The notes beneath the pieces are model-generated. The model saw only the letters and a program-made list of their open reading frames with translations, was not told the DNA's origin and ran no database searches. Positions 1-9,417 of a DNA stretch of 64,000 nucleotides are shown one piece after another (the stretch's first letter is position 1; each line of letters starts with the position of its first letter). The DNA is from Candidatus Latescibacterota bacterium (GTDB taxonomy: Bacteria > Latescibacterota > UBA2968 > GCA-2709665), in the NCBI GenBank assembly GCA_965222075.1, contig OZ244937.1, positions 2,656,001-2,720,000 of the forward strand, in the 5' to 3' direction. A program made the translations under genes and the position numbers.

Positions 1-1631
1 TCAATCAGCTCTCTTGGATCAACCCCGGTCCCCAGCGACTTGCTCATCCGCCGCCCGTCCCGCGTCTGCACGGTGGGGTGGACCAGCACCGTTTTAAAGG
101 GGATCTCGCCCACAAACTCCAGTGCGGTCATCACCATGCGGGCCACCCACAGGTAGAGAATATCCCGCCCCGTAATCATGAGGTCCGTCGGATGGTAGAC
201 CTTCAGATCCTCCGTCTCATCCGGCCATCCCAGCGTGGCAAAAGGCCACAGGGCCGAACTGAACCAGGTATCCAGCACATCCGGGTCCTGGACCAGGCGG
301 CCGCTGGGGCACGCGCCGCATTCGGTTGGAGCATCCACCTGCGCCATCACCTCCCCGCAGTCCTCGCAGGTCCACACCGGGATCTGGTGCCCCCACCAGA
401 TCTGCCGGGAAATGCACCAGTCCTGGATGTTCTCCAGCCAGTCCACGGAATAGCCCAGAAAACGATCGGGCACGTAAACGATCTCTTTCTGGCGCAGCAC
501 CCTCAGCGCCTGGTCCGCCAGGTCCCGCATCGCCACGAACCACTGCTCCATCGGCAAGGGTTCGATCACCGTCGCGCACTTATCGTGGTGGGGCAGGGCA
601 TGCACATGGTCTTCAATACGCTCCAGCAGACCGGCGCCCTCAAGCGCCTCCACCACCGCCTCCCGGCAGGCGTACCGGTCCATCCCCGCAAACCGCCCGG
701 CCTCCTCCGTCATCGCCCCGTCAAAACCGATCACCTGGACCTCCGGCAGGTCGTGTCGCGATCCTATCTCGTAGTCGTTCGGATCGTGCGCCGGGGTCAC
801 CTTCACCGCCCCGCTCCCCATTTCGGGATCTGCATATGCATCCGCCACAATCGGGATGCACCGATCCACCAGCGGCAGCATCACCTGTTTGCCAATCGCG
901 CCCCGCCACCGTCGGTCCTCCGGATGCACCGCCACCCCCGTATCCCCCAGCATCGTCTCCGGCCGGGTCGTGGCCACCACCACATCCGGCCCCCCACCGA
1001 TCCCCGGATATCGGATATGCCAGAGGTGCCCACGTATCTCCTGCTCTTCGACCTCTAAGTCGGAAATCACCGTCCCGCACTGCGGGCACCAGTTCACCAT
1101 CCGCGTGCCCCGATAAATCCAGCCTTTTTCGTAGAACCGGACAAACGCCTCCAGCACGCCCCGCACATACCCCTCGTCCATCGTAAACCGTTCCCGTGAC
1201 CAGTCGTAGCTGCACCCGAGTTCCCTGAGCTGCCGCAAAATCGTATTCCCGTACCTCTCCTTCCAGCTCCAGACCCGCCCCAGCATCTCCTCCCGGCCGA
1301 TATCGCGCCGGTTCTTCTGCTCCTTTTCATAGAGCTGCTGTTCCACCTTCATCTGCGTGGCAATACCCGCGTGGTCTGTCCCCGGCAGGCAGAGGGTGCG
1401 ATACCCCTGCATCCGCTTCCACCGTACCACCGTATCGTGAATGGCATGCTGGAGCGCATGCCCCATGTGGAGTTCCCCGGTCACATTCGGCGGCGGAATC
1501 GTAATCGAGTACGGGGTTCCCTCCCCCTGCGCCTCCGGCCGGAAACACCCTTTCTCATCCCAAAACGCGTACCACGGTCCCTCAACCGCCTCCGGATCGT
1601 ACGTCTTCGCCAGCGCCTCTGGATCGCTCAT
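1..1631 (-). CDS. valS: Valyl-tRNA synthetase (3' end runs off the window)
   Basis: Translated by hand (absent from the ORF track): MSDPEALAKTYDP...IPPPNVTGELHMGHAL (HIGH motif) and DGRRMSKSLG (KMSKS motif) near position 40. Confidence 0.97.
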   Translation of the reverse strand, partial: MSDPEALAKTYDPEAVEGPWYAFWDEKGCFRPEAQGEGTPYSITIPPPNVTGELHMGHALQHAIHDTVVRWKRMQGYRTLCLPGTDHAGIATQMKVEQQLYEKEQKNRRDIGREEMLGRVWSWKERYGNTILRQLRELGCSYDWSRERFTMDEGYVRGVLEAFVRFYEKGWIYRGTRMVNWCPQCGTVISDLEVEEQEIRGHLWHIRYPGIGGGPDVVVATTRPETMLGDTGVAVHPEDRRWRGAIGKQVMLPLVDRCIPIVADAYADPEMGSGAVKVTPAHDPNDYEIGSRHDLPEVQVIGFDGAMTEEAGRFAGMDRYACREAVVEALEGAGLLERIEDHVHALPHHDKCATVIEPLPMEQWFVAMRDLADQALRVLRQKEIVYVPDRFLGYSVDWLENIQDWCISRQIWWGHQIPVWTCEDCGEVMAQVDAPTECGACPSGRLVQDPDVLDTWFSSALWPFATLGWPDETEDLKVYHPTDLMITGRDILYLWVARMVMTALEFVGEIPFKTVLVHPTVQTRDGRRMSKSLGTGVDPRELI

Positions 1632-1717
1632 GCTGCCTCTGCACTCCTTCATTATCGCCGTAAATGGTACCGCTTTAGAGCATCCCCACCGCCCCGAACA
1701 ACGGGTTGCCCGGCAGC

Positions 1718-2527
1718 CTACCTCCCCCCCTCCCCGGATGCCTCTGTCCGGTAGAACACATCTGTCCCTTCAGCAGCCAGCATCCTATCCAGAAAATCCA
1801 GAGATTTCACCCTCTGACGGCTCTCAATATGATAGCTCAGGAACATGCGCAAAGCGCTACGCGCTCCTGCCCGGTCACACCCGCTGACCCCCCCGATCTC
1901 GATCCGGTCGGGCCGACCGGTCTGGAGCTGTTCCAGAAAACCCACAGTGAACCTGTCCATCACCATGCCGCTGTTGGTTTCGCATCTGTTGCAGAGGGTC
2001 CCCCCCTCAAAGGGGCTAAACCGCACCTGGGCACCCAAAAGCCGTTCACCACAGTGCACGCAACCGCTCAGGTGCGGCCTGTACCCCAGAGCCGAAGCCG
2101 CCTTGAGTTGGAAATACCAGAGGGGAATTTCAATCGCCCATTCCTCGATGGTCTCCATCCATCTGAGGGTATCCAGCGTCACGCTGTAAAGCAGTGGATT
2201 TCGGTCTTCGTCCACCGTCATGTGGTTGAGCAGATCGCACACAACACAGGCATGGACCATCCGCCTGTACGCCTGCTTGATCCCATCAAAGGGATAGAGA
2301 ATATCCCCTTCGCTCAGGGTCTGCAAATCCCGGTTTTCCCGCCTGTAGAACATATAGGTCCCCCAGGTCATCAGCTCTAAGCTTGCACCGAACTTGCTCC
2401 TGGGACGGCGTGCCCCTTTGGCCACCAGGCGGAGCTTTCCACTCTCCCTCGTATAGATGACAACGACCTTGCTGCTCTCACTCATCCGGTAGCCGCGAAG
2501 AACCAGCCCCTCAGTCCTGCAAATCAT
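1718..2527 (-). CDS. recO: DNA repair protein RecO
   Basis: N-terminal OB fold (EGLVLR...SESSKVV..YTRESGK...AKGARRP) and Zn-finger CVHC...CNRC. Confidence 0.93.
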   Translation of the reverse strand: MICRTEGLVLRGYRMSESSKVVVIYTRESGKLRLVAKGARRPRSKFGASLELMTWGTYMFYRRENRDLQTLSEGDILYPFDGIKQAYRRMVHACVVCDLLNHMTVDEDRNPLLYSVTLDTLRWMETIEEWAIEIPLWYFQLKAASALGYRPHLSGCVHCGERLLGAQVRFSPFEGGTLCNRCETNSGMVMDRFTVGFLEQLQTGRPDRIEIGGVSGCDRAGARSALRMFLSYHIESRQRVKSLDFLDRMLAAEGTDVFYRTEASGEGGR

Positions 2528-2877
2528 CGTTCGCCTTCCATTCTGTTCTCGGGAGGGTAGGGATAGACCATGTAGACCGACTCGTTCGCCTTAACCATCC
2601 CGTAACGCTCGCGGGCAATCCGCTCGATCGTCTTCAGATCGTCCTTCAACAACCCCACCTCTTCCTGAAGGCGAACATTCTTCTCAAATAAAGCCTCGAT
2701 TTCTTCGCGCAATGCGTCGATCTGACCCTCACGGTGCCAGACCTGGTAAAGCCCGCTGTCCCCGGCCACGATCAGGTAAACAGAAATCATGACGGGCATA
2801 GCCAGAAGCAAGCGGCGCGTCTTTTTGCGCGGCTCCGACGGAAACTGATAGTTCCCCCGGTAAAACCTCATCCGCAT
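2524..2877 (-). CDS. ftsB: Septum formation initiator, FtsB/DivIC family
   Basis: Single TM, coiled coil, IERIARERYGMVKANE motif. Confidence 0.85.
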   Translation of the reverse strand: MRMRFYRGNYQFPSEPRKKTRRLLLAMPVMISVYLIVAGDSGLYQVWHREGQIDALREEIEALFEKNVRLQEEVGLLKDDLKTIERIARERYGMVKANESVYMVYPYPPENRMEGER

Positions 2878-2937
2878 TTCTCCTTAGTTCTTGGAACCCC
2901 ACACCACCCAGCACCGCCCACAACACAGAACTTCGTG

Positions 2938-3312
2938 TCATTCCACGATACGCTCCCCGTCTTCAACCCAGGCCCCATCCTCGTACCGCCGGTAAAAACA
3001 GGACCGGAACCCGGTATGGCAGGCCCCGCCCCTCTGGCGGACTTTAAAAAGCAGCGCATCCCCATCGCAATCGATCCGAAATTCCTCCATCTGCTGCGTG
3101 TGCCCCGAAGTCGCCCCCTTCACCCAGAACGCCTGCCGGCTGCGGGACCAGTACGTCATCTGCCCCGTCTCCAGCGTTCTGCGCAGGCTCGCTTCGTTCA
3201 TATAGGCCTGCATCAACACCTGCCCGCCATCCACATCCTGCGCAATCGCCGGCACCAGTCCATTCTTATCAAACTTAACCTCACCCAGATCCAAAGTCAA
3301 ACTCCTCCCCAT
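2938..3312 (-). CDS. hisI: Phosphoribosyl-AMP cyclohydrolase
   Basis: [21 protein letters not shown] and [11 protein letters not shown] motifs. Confidence 0.96.
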   Translation of the reverse strand: MGRSLTLDLGEVKFDKNGLVPAIAQDVDGGQVLMQAYMNEASLRRTLETGQMTYWSRSRQAFWVKGATSGHTQQMEEFRIDCDGDALLFKVRQRGGACHTGFRSCFYRRYEDGAWVEDGERIVE

Positions 3313-3326
3313 CTGCTTTTTTCACG

Positions 3327-4475
3327 TTACAGCACCACCAGATCGTCCCGGTGAATCACCTCTGCGCCTTCCACTCCTTCTAAAACAGCCGCCACCTCAG
3401 ACGTTTTTTTTCCCAGAATTTTTCGTACCTCTTCCGAACCGTAGCGCACCAACCCCCGCGCTATCTCCATGCCACCTGGGTCCTCCACGCCAATCAGTTC
3501 GCCTGCCTCAAACGCTCCCACAACATCCAGAATACCGGAAGGGAGCAGGCTCTTGCCGCGTGTCCCGATCGCCTCTACAGCCCCGTCGTCCACCACCACG
3601 GCCCCCTTCTTCCGGGTGTTGGCAATCCAGACTTTCCGGCTTGTCAACCGTCCCTTCCCGGGCATAAAAAGGGTGCCTACCTTCTTCCCTTCCAAAATAT
3701 CGATAATCCTGGTGGTATGTCCGTTTGCAATCACCATCATCCTGCCGCCTCGGGTAACGCTTTCAGCCGCGTGGAGCTTCGCCTGCATCCCCCCCAGGCC
3801 CACCGCACTGCCCCGATTTCCGGTCCGGGCAATCAACTCCGGGGTAACCTCTTCTACATGGGAGATCAGCTTCGCATCCCCGTCCTGGTTCGGGTCGTCC
3901 GAGTAGAGCCCATCCACATCCGTCAGAATCATCAGAAGCTCGGCATCCACCAGGTGGGCAACCAGGGCAGAGATCCGATCGTTGTCCCCCACCTTGATCT
4001 CTTCTACGGCCACACTGTCGTTTTCATTGAGAATAGGAACCGCACCGAACCGGAAGAGTTCATCCAGCGTATTGCGCGCGTTCACATAACGCTGCCTATC
4101 GTCCAAGTCTTCGGTAGTAATCAGAACCTGCCCAACCGGGATATCGTGCTCACGGAACGCCAGCTTGTAGGCGTTCATCAACAGCCCCTGTCCAACCGCG
4201 GCCGTGGCTTGCAGCTCGGGAATCCTGCGAGGCCGCTGCTTCAATCCAAGCCGCCCCATACCCGCGCCCACAGCGCCCGAGGAAACAATCGCCACCTGCA
4301 CCCCCCGGCTTCGCAGATGGGCGACCTCCCCTGCCAGGCGGTCGATCAGTTTCCGATTCAACGCATTGTCGTGAACCGTAACCACCCGTGTCCCCAGCTT
4401 AACCACCAGGCGCTTGGCCCCTTTAAAAAGGGCCTCACGCTCAAGACAAGCCATATTCCGCCGAATCTCACCCAC
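3327..4475 (-). CDS. proB: Glutamate 5-kinase
   Basis: VVKLGT, VSSGAVGAG, NENDSV, GDNDRISA and a C-terminal PUA domain; start uncertain (4475 or 4454). Confidence 0.96.
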   Translation of the reverse strand: MGEIRRNMACLEREALFKGAKRLVVKLGTRVVTVHDNALNRKLIDRLAGEVAHLRSRGVQVAIVSSGAVGAGMGRLGLKQRPRRIPELQATAAVGQGLLMNAYKLAFREHDIPVGQVLITTEDLDDRQRYVNARNTLDELFRFGAVPILNENDSVAVEEIKVGDNDRISALVAHLVDAELLMILTDVDGLYSDDPNQDGDAKLISHVEEVTPELIARTGNRGSAVGLGGMQAKLHAAESVTRGGRMMVIANGHTTRIIDILEGKKVGTLFMPGKGRLTSRKVWIANTRKKGAVVVDDGAVEAIGTRGKSLLPSGILDVVGAFEAGELIGVEDPGGMEIARGLVRYGSEEVRKILGKKTSEVAAVLEGVEGAEVIHRDDLVVL

Positions 4476-4487
4476 CGTTGCGCCCTC

Positions 4488-5279
4488 TCACAGCGTCGAC
4501 ACCACCTTCGTCCGCACCAGCACCTCCCGTTCCGCCAAATACCGCTTGACTTGGGGAATGCTGTACTGTTGGTAATGAAAAATCGAGGCCGCCAGGGCCG
4601 CACTCGCCTTGCCCTCTGCAAGGACCTCGTACATATGCTCGGGCCCGCCGCACCCCCCCGAAGCCACAATGGGCACATCCACCCGCTCGGCCACGGCCCG
4701 CGTCAGTTCAATATCGTATCCGTCTTTTGTCCCATCGGCATCAATACTGTTCAAAACCAGCTCTCCGGCCCCCCGGTCCACCAGTTCCTCCGCCCAGGCC
4801 AGCGCATTTTGTCCCGTTGGCGTCCGCCCCCCACGCACCACAACCTCCCACCAGACCTCTGTGGAATTTTTCTCGCCCCGCCGGATTGCATCGATAGAGC
4901 CCACCGTGGCCTGGGAGCCAAAGCTCTCCGCGCTCTGGTTGATAATTTCCGGATTCTGAACCGCTGCCGAGTTTATCGAGGCCTTCTCCGCCCCTCCTTC
5001 AATAATCGCCCGCACATCCTTGATCGTTCGAACGCCGCCGCCAACCGTAAAGGGAACAAACACCTTCTCGGACACCCGCCGGACCAGGTCGGCCACGATC
5101 TGCCGCTTCTCTGCAGAGGCCGTAATATCGTAAAAAACCAGCTCGTCGGCCCCCTCCTCATCGTACCGCCGGGCCAACTCGATCGGATCCCCCGCATCCC
5201 GATCCGCCGAAAATTTCACTCCCCGCACGTTTCGCCCGTTCTTCACATCCAGACACGGGATAATGCGTTTGGCCAACAT
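4488..5279 (-). CDS. hisF: Imidazole glycerol phosphate synthase cyclase subunit
   Basis: MLAKRIIPCLDV, GADELVFYDITAS, SIDADGTKDGYD. Confidence 0.97.
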   Translation of the reverse strand: MLAKRIIPCLDVKNGRNVRGVKFSADRDAGDPIELARRYDEEGADELVFYDITASAEKRQIVADLVRRVSEKVFVPFTVGGGVRTIKDVRAIIEGGAEKASINSAAVQNPEIINQSAESFGSQATVGSIDAIRRGEKNSTEVWWEVVVRGGRTPTGQNALAWAEELVDRGAGELVLNSIDADGTKDGYDIELTRAVAERVDVPIVASGGCGGPEHMYEVLAEGKASAALAASIFHYQQYSIPQVKRYLAEREVLVRTKVVSTL

Positions 5280-5301
5280 GACGGATTCCTCTCCTACAGA
5301 T

Positions 5302-5913
5302 TTACGTTACGCAATCCATCTCTGCAAAATTCTTCAAAATACGCAGCCCCAAGTCCTGGCTCTTCTCCGGGTGAAACTGGATGCCAAACGCAGTTCCCCG
5401 TCCCGCGATCGACGTGTAGTCGATCCCGTAGTCGGTCGTGGCGATGGTATCCTCCGGATTTTCCGGATCCACGTAGTAGGAGTGCACGAAATAGAAGAAC
5501 GAGCCGTCCGGAATGCCTTCCAGCAGCGGGAGCTTTCGCCGAATGTGGATCTGGTTCCACCCGATCTGCGGCACCCGTTCCCCTTCGGGAAATCGGCGTA
5601 CCCGTCCGGGAAGCACGTCCAGCCCCCGGTGGCGGCCCATCTCCTCGCTCTCGACAAACAGAAGCTGCAGCCCCACGCAGATCCCCAGGAACGGGCGCCC
5701 TTCGGAAATTGACTTCACAACAGGGTCGATCAACCCCGCCCGCTTCAAATTGGCCATCGCGTCTCCAAAGGCACCCACCCCCGGCAGCACCACCCGCTCT
5801 GCCTGCCCCACATCCTCCGGCCGGTTCGTAACCACAGCGCCGTATCCTACCCGTTCAAAGGCCTTCTGCACGCTGCGCAGGTTGCCCATCCCGTAATCCA
5901 CAATCGCGATCAT
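5302..5913 (-). CDS. hisH: Imidazole glycerol phosphate synthase amidotransferase subunit
   Basis: DYGMGNLRSV, LGICVGLQ, YFVHSYY, QFHPEKS. Confidence 0.97.
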   Translation of the reverse strand: MIAIVDYGMGNLRSVQKAFERVGYGAVVTNRPEDVGQAERVVLPGVGAFGDAMANLKRAGLIDPVVKSISEGRPFLGICVGLQLLFVESEEMGRHRGLDVLPGRVRRFPEGERVPQIGWNQIHIRRKLPLLEGIPDGSFFYFVHSYYVDPENPEDTIATTDYGIDYTSIAGRGTAFGIQFHPEKSQDLGLRILKNFAEMDCVT

Positions 5914-6723
5914 CTAAGCCCCCAGCTCTTCAGACCTCCGGGTCGCCGCCTCCACGGCCGCCATCAGCGCCGCTCGAAACCCGCTCTGTTCCATCGCATA
6001 CAACCCCGCAATCGTCGTTCCCCCCGCAGAGGTCACCCTGTCCTTTAAAACCGCCGGGTGCTCCCCGCTCTCCAGCACCGCCTTCGCCGCACCCAACACC
6101 GTCTGCGCCGCCAGCTTTAGCGCCACCCCCTTCGACAGCCCCACCTTCACGCCCCCCTCCGCTAAGGCATCAATCATCGCATACACATAAGCCGGCCCAC
6201 TTCCGGACAGCCCCGTCACCGCATCCATCTGCGCCTCATCCACCACCACCGTCTTTCCCACCGCCCCCAGAATCTCCCGAGCCGCCCCCAGATGCGCTTC
6301 CCCGGCATGTTGCCCCGGGCAGACCGCCGATATGGCTTCCCGAATCTGCGCCAGAATGTTCGGCATCGCCCGGACCACGGGAATCTCTTTTGCCAACGTC
6401 TGCTCAATCGCCGACGTACGCACCCCGCCCATAATCGAAAGCACAAGCTGCGTCGAGGTCAACGAACCGCTGACCCCCTCCACAACATGCTGCCAGATCT
6501 GCGGCTTCAACCCCAGCACAATCACATCCTGATCTCCAACCACCTCCCCGGCTTCCCCGCTGGTGTTCACCCCCAGCTTTTCCCTGTGCTCCTCCAGGAT
6601 CGCCTCAGAAATATCTATCGCCGTAATCTGATCCGGAGGCAACAGGCCGGACTTCACCATCCCGGCCACCAGTGCCCCACCCATATTCCCCGCCCCGATC
6701 ACCGCCACCCGCTTCTCTTTCAT
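5914..6723 (-). CDS. proC: Pyrroline-5-carboxylate reductase
   Basis: IGAGNMG, RAMPN, TGLSGSGPAY, VTSAGGTT; start set at MKEKRV. Confidence 0.96.
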   Translation of the reverse strand: MKEKRVAVIGAGNMGGALVAGMVKSGLLPPDQITAIDISEAILEEHREKLGVNTSGEAGEVVGDQDVIVLGLKPQIWQHVVEGVSGSLTSTQLVLSIMGGVRTSAIEQTLAKEIPVVRAMPNILAQIREAISAVCPGQHAGEAHLGAAREILGAVGKTVVVDEAQMDAVTGLSGSGPAYVYAMIDALAEGGVKVGLSKGVALKLAAQTVLGAAKAVLESGEHPAVLKDRVTSAGGTTIAGLYAMEQSGFRAALMAAVEAATRRSEELGA

Positions 6724-6809
6724 ACCCCCCATACGCCTTGCTCCATATAACAGACCGTTTCCCCACCACCACCTTTGTCCAACCACCCTCCAACCTTCAA
6801 TCTTCAACC

Positions 6810-7733
6810 TTAAACATACGTCAACCACCCGTGCCGGTCCTCCGCCTTCCCCTGCATAATCGAGAAAAAGGCTTCCTGCAGCGCCTCTGTGACCGGCCCC
6901 CGCTTCCCGTCGCCAATCTCGATAGTGTCGATGTGAGAAATTGGAGAAATCTCCGCAGCACTGCCGGTAAAAAAAACCTCATCGGCAATATAAAGCGATT
7001 CCCGGAGAATGGGCCGCTGAGTCACCAAATAGCCCAGATCCCGTGCCAGAACGATCACCGAATGCCGCGTAATTCCCGGCAGGATCGACGACCCGGTGTC
7101 CGGCGTATAAATCCGTCCATTCCTCACCATAAACACATTCTCTCCACCGCCCTCGCTCACATAACCCTGCGTATCCAGCGCGATCCCCTCCGCATACCCA
7201 TCGGTCTGCGCCTCCATCCTGATCAACTGAAAGTTCATATAATTGGCGCCAGCCTTGGCCAGCGACGGCATAGTGTTGGGCGCCAACCGGTTCCAGGAAG
7301 AGAAGCGCACAGAAACCCCTTTTTCCAGAGCCTCTGGACCCAGGTACGTCCCCCACTCCCACACCGCCACAACCACATCTACCGGACACGGCGTTGGATC
7401 AACCCCCAGTTCCCCGTATCCACGGAAGGCGATCGGCCGCACGTAACATGCCTTCAACTCGTTCACCCGGATCGTCTCCAGAATCGCCTCGGTCATTTCC
7501 TCTTTTGTATACAGAATGGGCATTCGGTAGATCTTGGCCGAATCGTAAAGCCGATTCACGTGGTCGGCCAACCGAAAGCAGGCCGGGCCCTTCCCCGTAT
7601 CGTAACAGCGCATGCCCTCAAAAACGCTCGACCCGTAGTGCACCACATGGGAGAGCACATGGATCTTCGCATCGTCCCAGTTCACAAATTCCCCGTTAAA
7701 CCAGATCTTCTCGGCCTTTGGCATAGGAGGCAT
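6810..7733 (-). CDS. ilvE: Branched-chain amino acid aminotransferase
   Basis: [35 protein letters not shown]. Confidence 0.96.
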   Translation of the reverse strand: MPPMPKAEKIWFNGEFVNWDDAKIHVLSHVVHYGSSVFEGMRCYDTGKGPACFRLADHVNRLYDSAKIYRMPILYTKEEMTEAILETIRVNELKACYVRPIAFRGYGELGVDPTPCPVDVVVAVWEWGTYLGPEALEKGVSVRFSSWNRLAPNTMPSLAKAGANYMNFQLIRMEAQTDGYAEGIALDTQGYVSEGGGENVFMVRNGRIYTPDTGSSILPGITRHSVIVLARDLGYLVTQRPILRESLYIADEVFFTGSAAEISPISHIDTIEIGDGKRGPVTEALQEAFFSIMQGKAEDRHGWLTYV

Positions 7734-7766
7734 CGTTCATCCCTCGTGTAAATATTATGTGTTATC

Positions 7767-8618
7767 TCAGGTCCTTAATCCGCACCTGTCCTGTGAATAG
7801 GCAGCCAGCCCACGGCAAACCTGTTCGAACTGCTCCATAGAGATGGCTTCCGGACGCAGAAGCGGGTCTACCCCCGCTCCTGAAAATACCCTGGCCAGAA
7901 CGTCCTCCTGGCCGTCAACCAGGCTCAAAAGCGTATTCTTGAGCATCTTCCGGCGCTGCTGGAAGGCCGTTCGAACCACCCGGAAGAAAACCCTTTCGTC
8001 TTCAACCCGCACCGGCGGCTCAGAGGTAAAATCCAGCCTGAGGACCGACGAATGGACCTTGGGGACGGGCGTAAAACGCTCGGGCGGAAGGTCAAAAAGC
8101 CACTCCGGGCGTGTCCGAAGCTGCACGGCGATCGACAAAATACCGTAGTCCTTCCCCCCCGGCAGCGCCGTCATTCGTCGGGCAACCTCCCGCTGGACGG
8201 TCAGAACCGCCCGTGTCAACACCGCTCGAGCATCCAGAATCTGTTCCACCACGGCGCCCGTAACCTGATACGGGAGGTTGCCCACCAGCACCGCACGCTC
8301 AAACCTCTCGCTTTGGACCAGCTCTGGAAAATTGACCTTCAACACGTCGCAATTTAAAATCGACAGATCGCCTCGGCGCCCACAGGCCTGCTGCAACAAC
8401 GTGCAAAGAGAAGGGTCCAGCTCGATCCCCACAACCCGCGACGCCACCTCCAGCAGCGGCCCCGTCAGCGCCCCCCGTCCCGGTCCGATCTCCACAACCA
8501 GGTCGTCCGCCCCCACACGGGCCGCTTCCACAATCCGGCTTACTGCAACAGGATCGATTAAGAAGTGCTGGCCCAGCCGTTTTGCGGCCCTTATCCTGCG
8601 CGTTCGGGCCACCATCAC
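7767..8618 (-). CDS. rsmA: 16S rRNA adenine dimethyltransferase
   Basis: KRLGQHFL, VEIGPGRGALT, GNLPY, FTPVPKVHS. Confidence 0.96.
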   Translation of the reverse strand: MMVARTRRIRAAKRLGQHFLIDPVAVSRIVEAARVGADDLVVEIGPGRGALTGPLLEVASRVVGIELDPSLCTLLQQACGRRGDLSILNCDVLKVNFPELVQSERFERAVLVGNLPYQVTGAVVEQILDARAVLTRAVLTVQREVARRMTALPGGKDYGILSIAVQLRTRPEWLFDLPPERFTPVPKVHSSVLRLDFTSEPPVRVEDERVFFRVVRTAFQQRRKMLKNTLLSLVDGQEDVLARVFSGAGVDPLLRPEAISMEQFEQVCRGLAAYSQDRCGLRT

Positions 8619-9385
8619 CTGCCCGGCAGCCTGAAGAGCCGGAGGGCGTTCTGCGTCGTCCGCTCAAACAACCGCTCCATCGGCACGCCCTCCTCTTGTG
8701 CAAGGCGTTGGGCCACGCACCGCACATAGGCCGGTTCGTTCCGGCGTCCCCGGTGCGGCACCGGCGCCAGATAGGGACAGTCGGTTTCCAGAACCAGCCG
8801 GTCTGGCGGCACCTGTAGGGCCACGGGCAGAGACGACGACTTTTTAAAGGTCACCGTCCCGCCAAACCCCAAGTAGAAATTGAGGCCCACGCCGCGTTTT
8901 GCCTGCTCCAGATCGCCCCCAAAGCAGTGCAGCACGCCGCCAACCTCGTCGGCCCGCTCCACCTCTAAGAGGTCCAGCACCCTCTCTTCGGCCCCGCGGC
9001 TGTGCACCACCAGCGGCAGACCCGTCTCCCTGGCCAGGCGGATGTGCCGTCTGAAGACCCGCTCCTGCACTTCGCGGGGCGCATAGTCCCGAAAAAAATC
9101 GAGCCCCGTCTCCCCTACCCCCACCACCTTCTCGTGTAACAGCAGGCCCGGAAGCTCTGTTAAAGACCGCTCCTCCACCTTCTCAACACCGTGCGGGTGA
9201 AACCCCGCCGTAGCATAGACCCCCTCCTGCCCCTGCGCCAGCGCCGCCGCCCGCCGGCTCACCTCCAGGGTTGTGCCCACATTCACAATCCGTGTGACCC
9301 CCGCCTTCCGGGCATTTTGAATCACCCCATCCCGGTCTTTTGAAAACTGGGGGGAATTCAGATGGGCATGCGTATCGACAAGCAT
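8615..9385 (-). CDS. TatD family hydrolase
   Basis: DTHAHL, GETGLD, VLHCF, ETDCPYLAP..RGRRNEP. Confidence 0.95.
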   Translation of the reverse strand: MLVDTHAHLNSPQFSKDRDGVIQNARKAGVTRIVNVGTTLEVSRRAAALAQGQEGVYATAGFHPHGVEKVEERSLTELPGLLLHEKVVGVGETGLDFFRDYAPREVQERVFRRHIRLARETGLPLVVHSRGAEERVLDLLEVERADEVGGVLHCFGGDLEQAKRGVGLNFYLGFGGTVTFKKSSSLPVALQVPPDRLVLETDCPYLAPVPHRGRRNEPAYVRCVAQRLAQEEGVPMERLFERTTQNALRLFRLPGR

Positions 9386-9417
9386 CGTCAGGTCTTTTTA
9401 TCCGTGGTTGCTTTTCC

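Noticed and set aside
78-1887. Many ORF-track entries over 1-1.9 kb
   Set aside because: Shadow frames of valS (and recO); valS is missing from the track only because it runs off the window.
3717-5831. Long antisense ORFs (704 aa here; also 55733-57421, 10213-11349 and others)
   Set aside because: Antisense to conserved genes, His/Arg/Pro-rich, and expected in GC-rich DNA.
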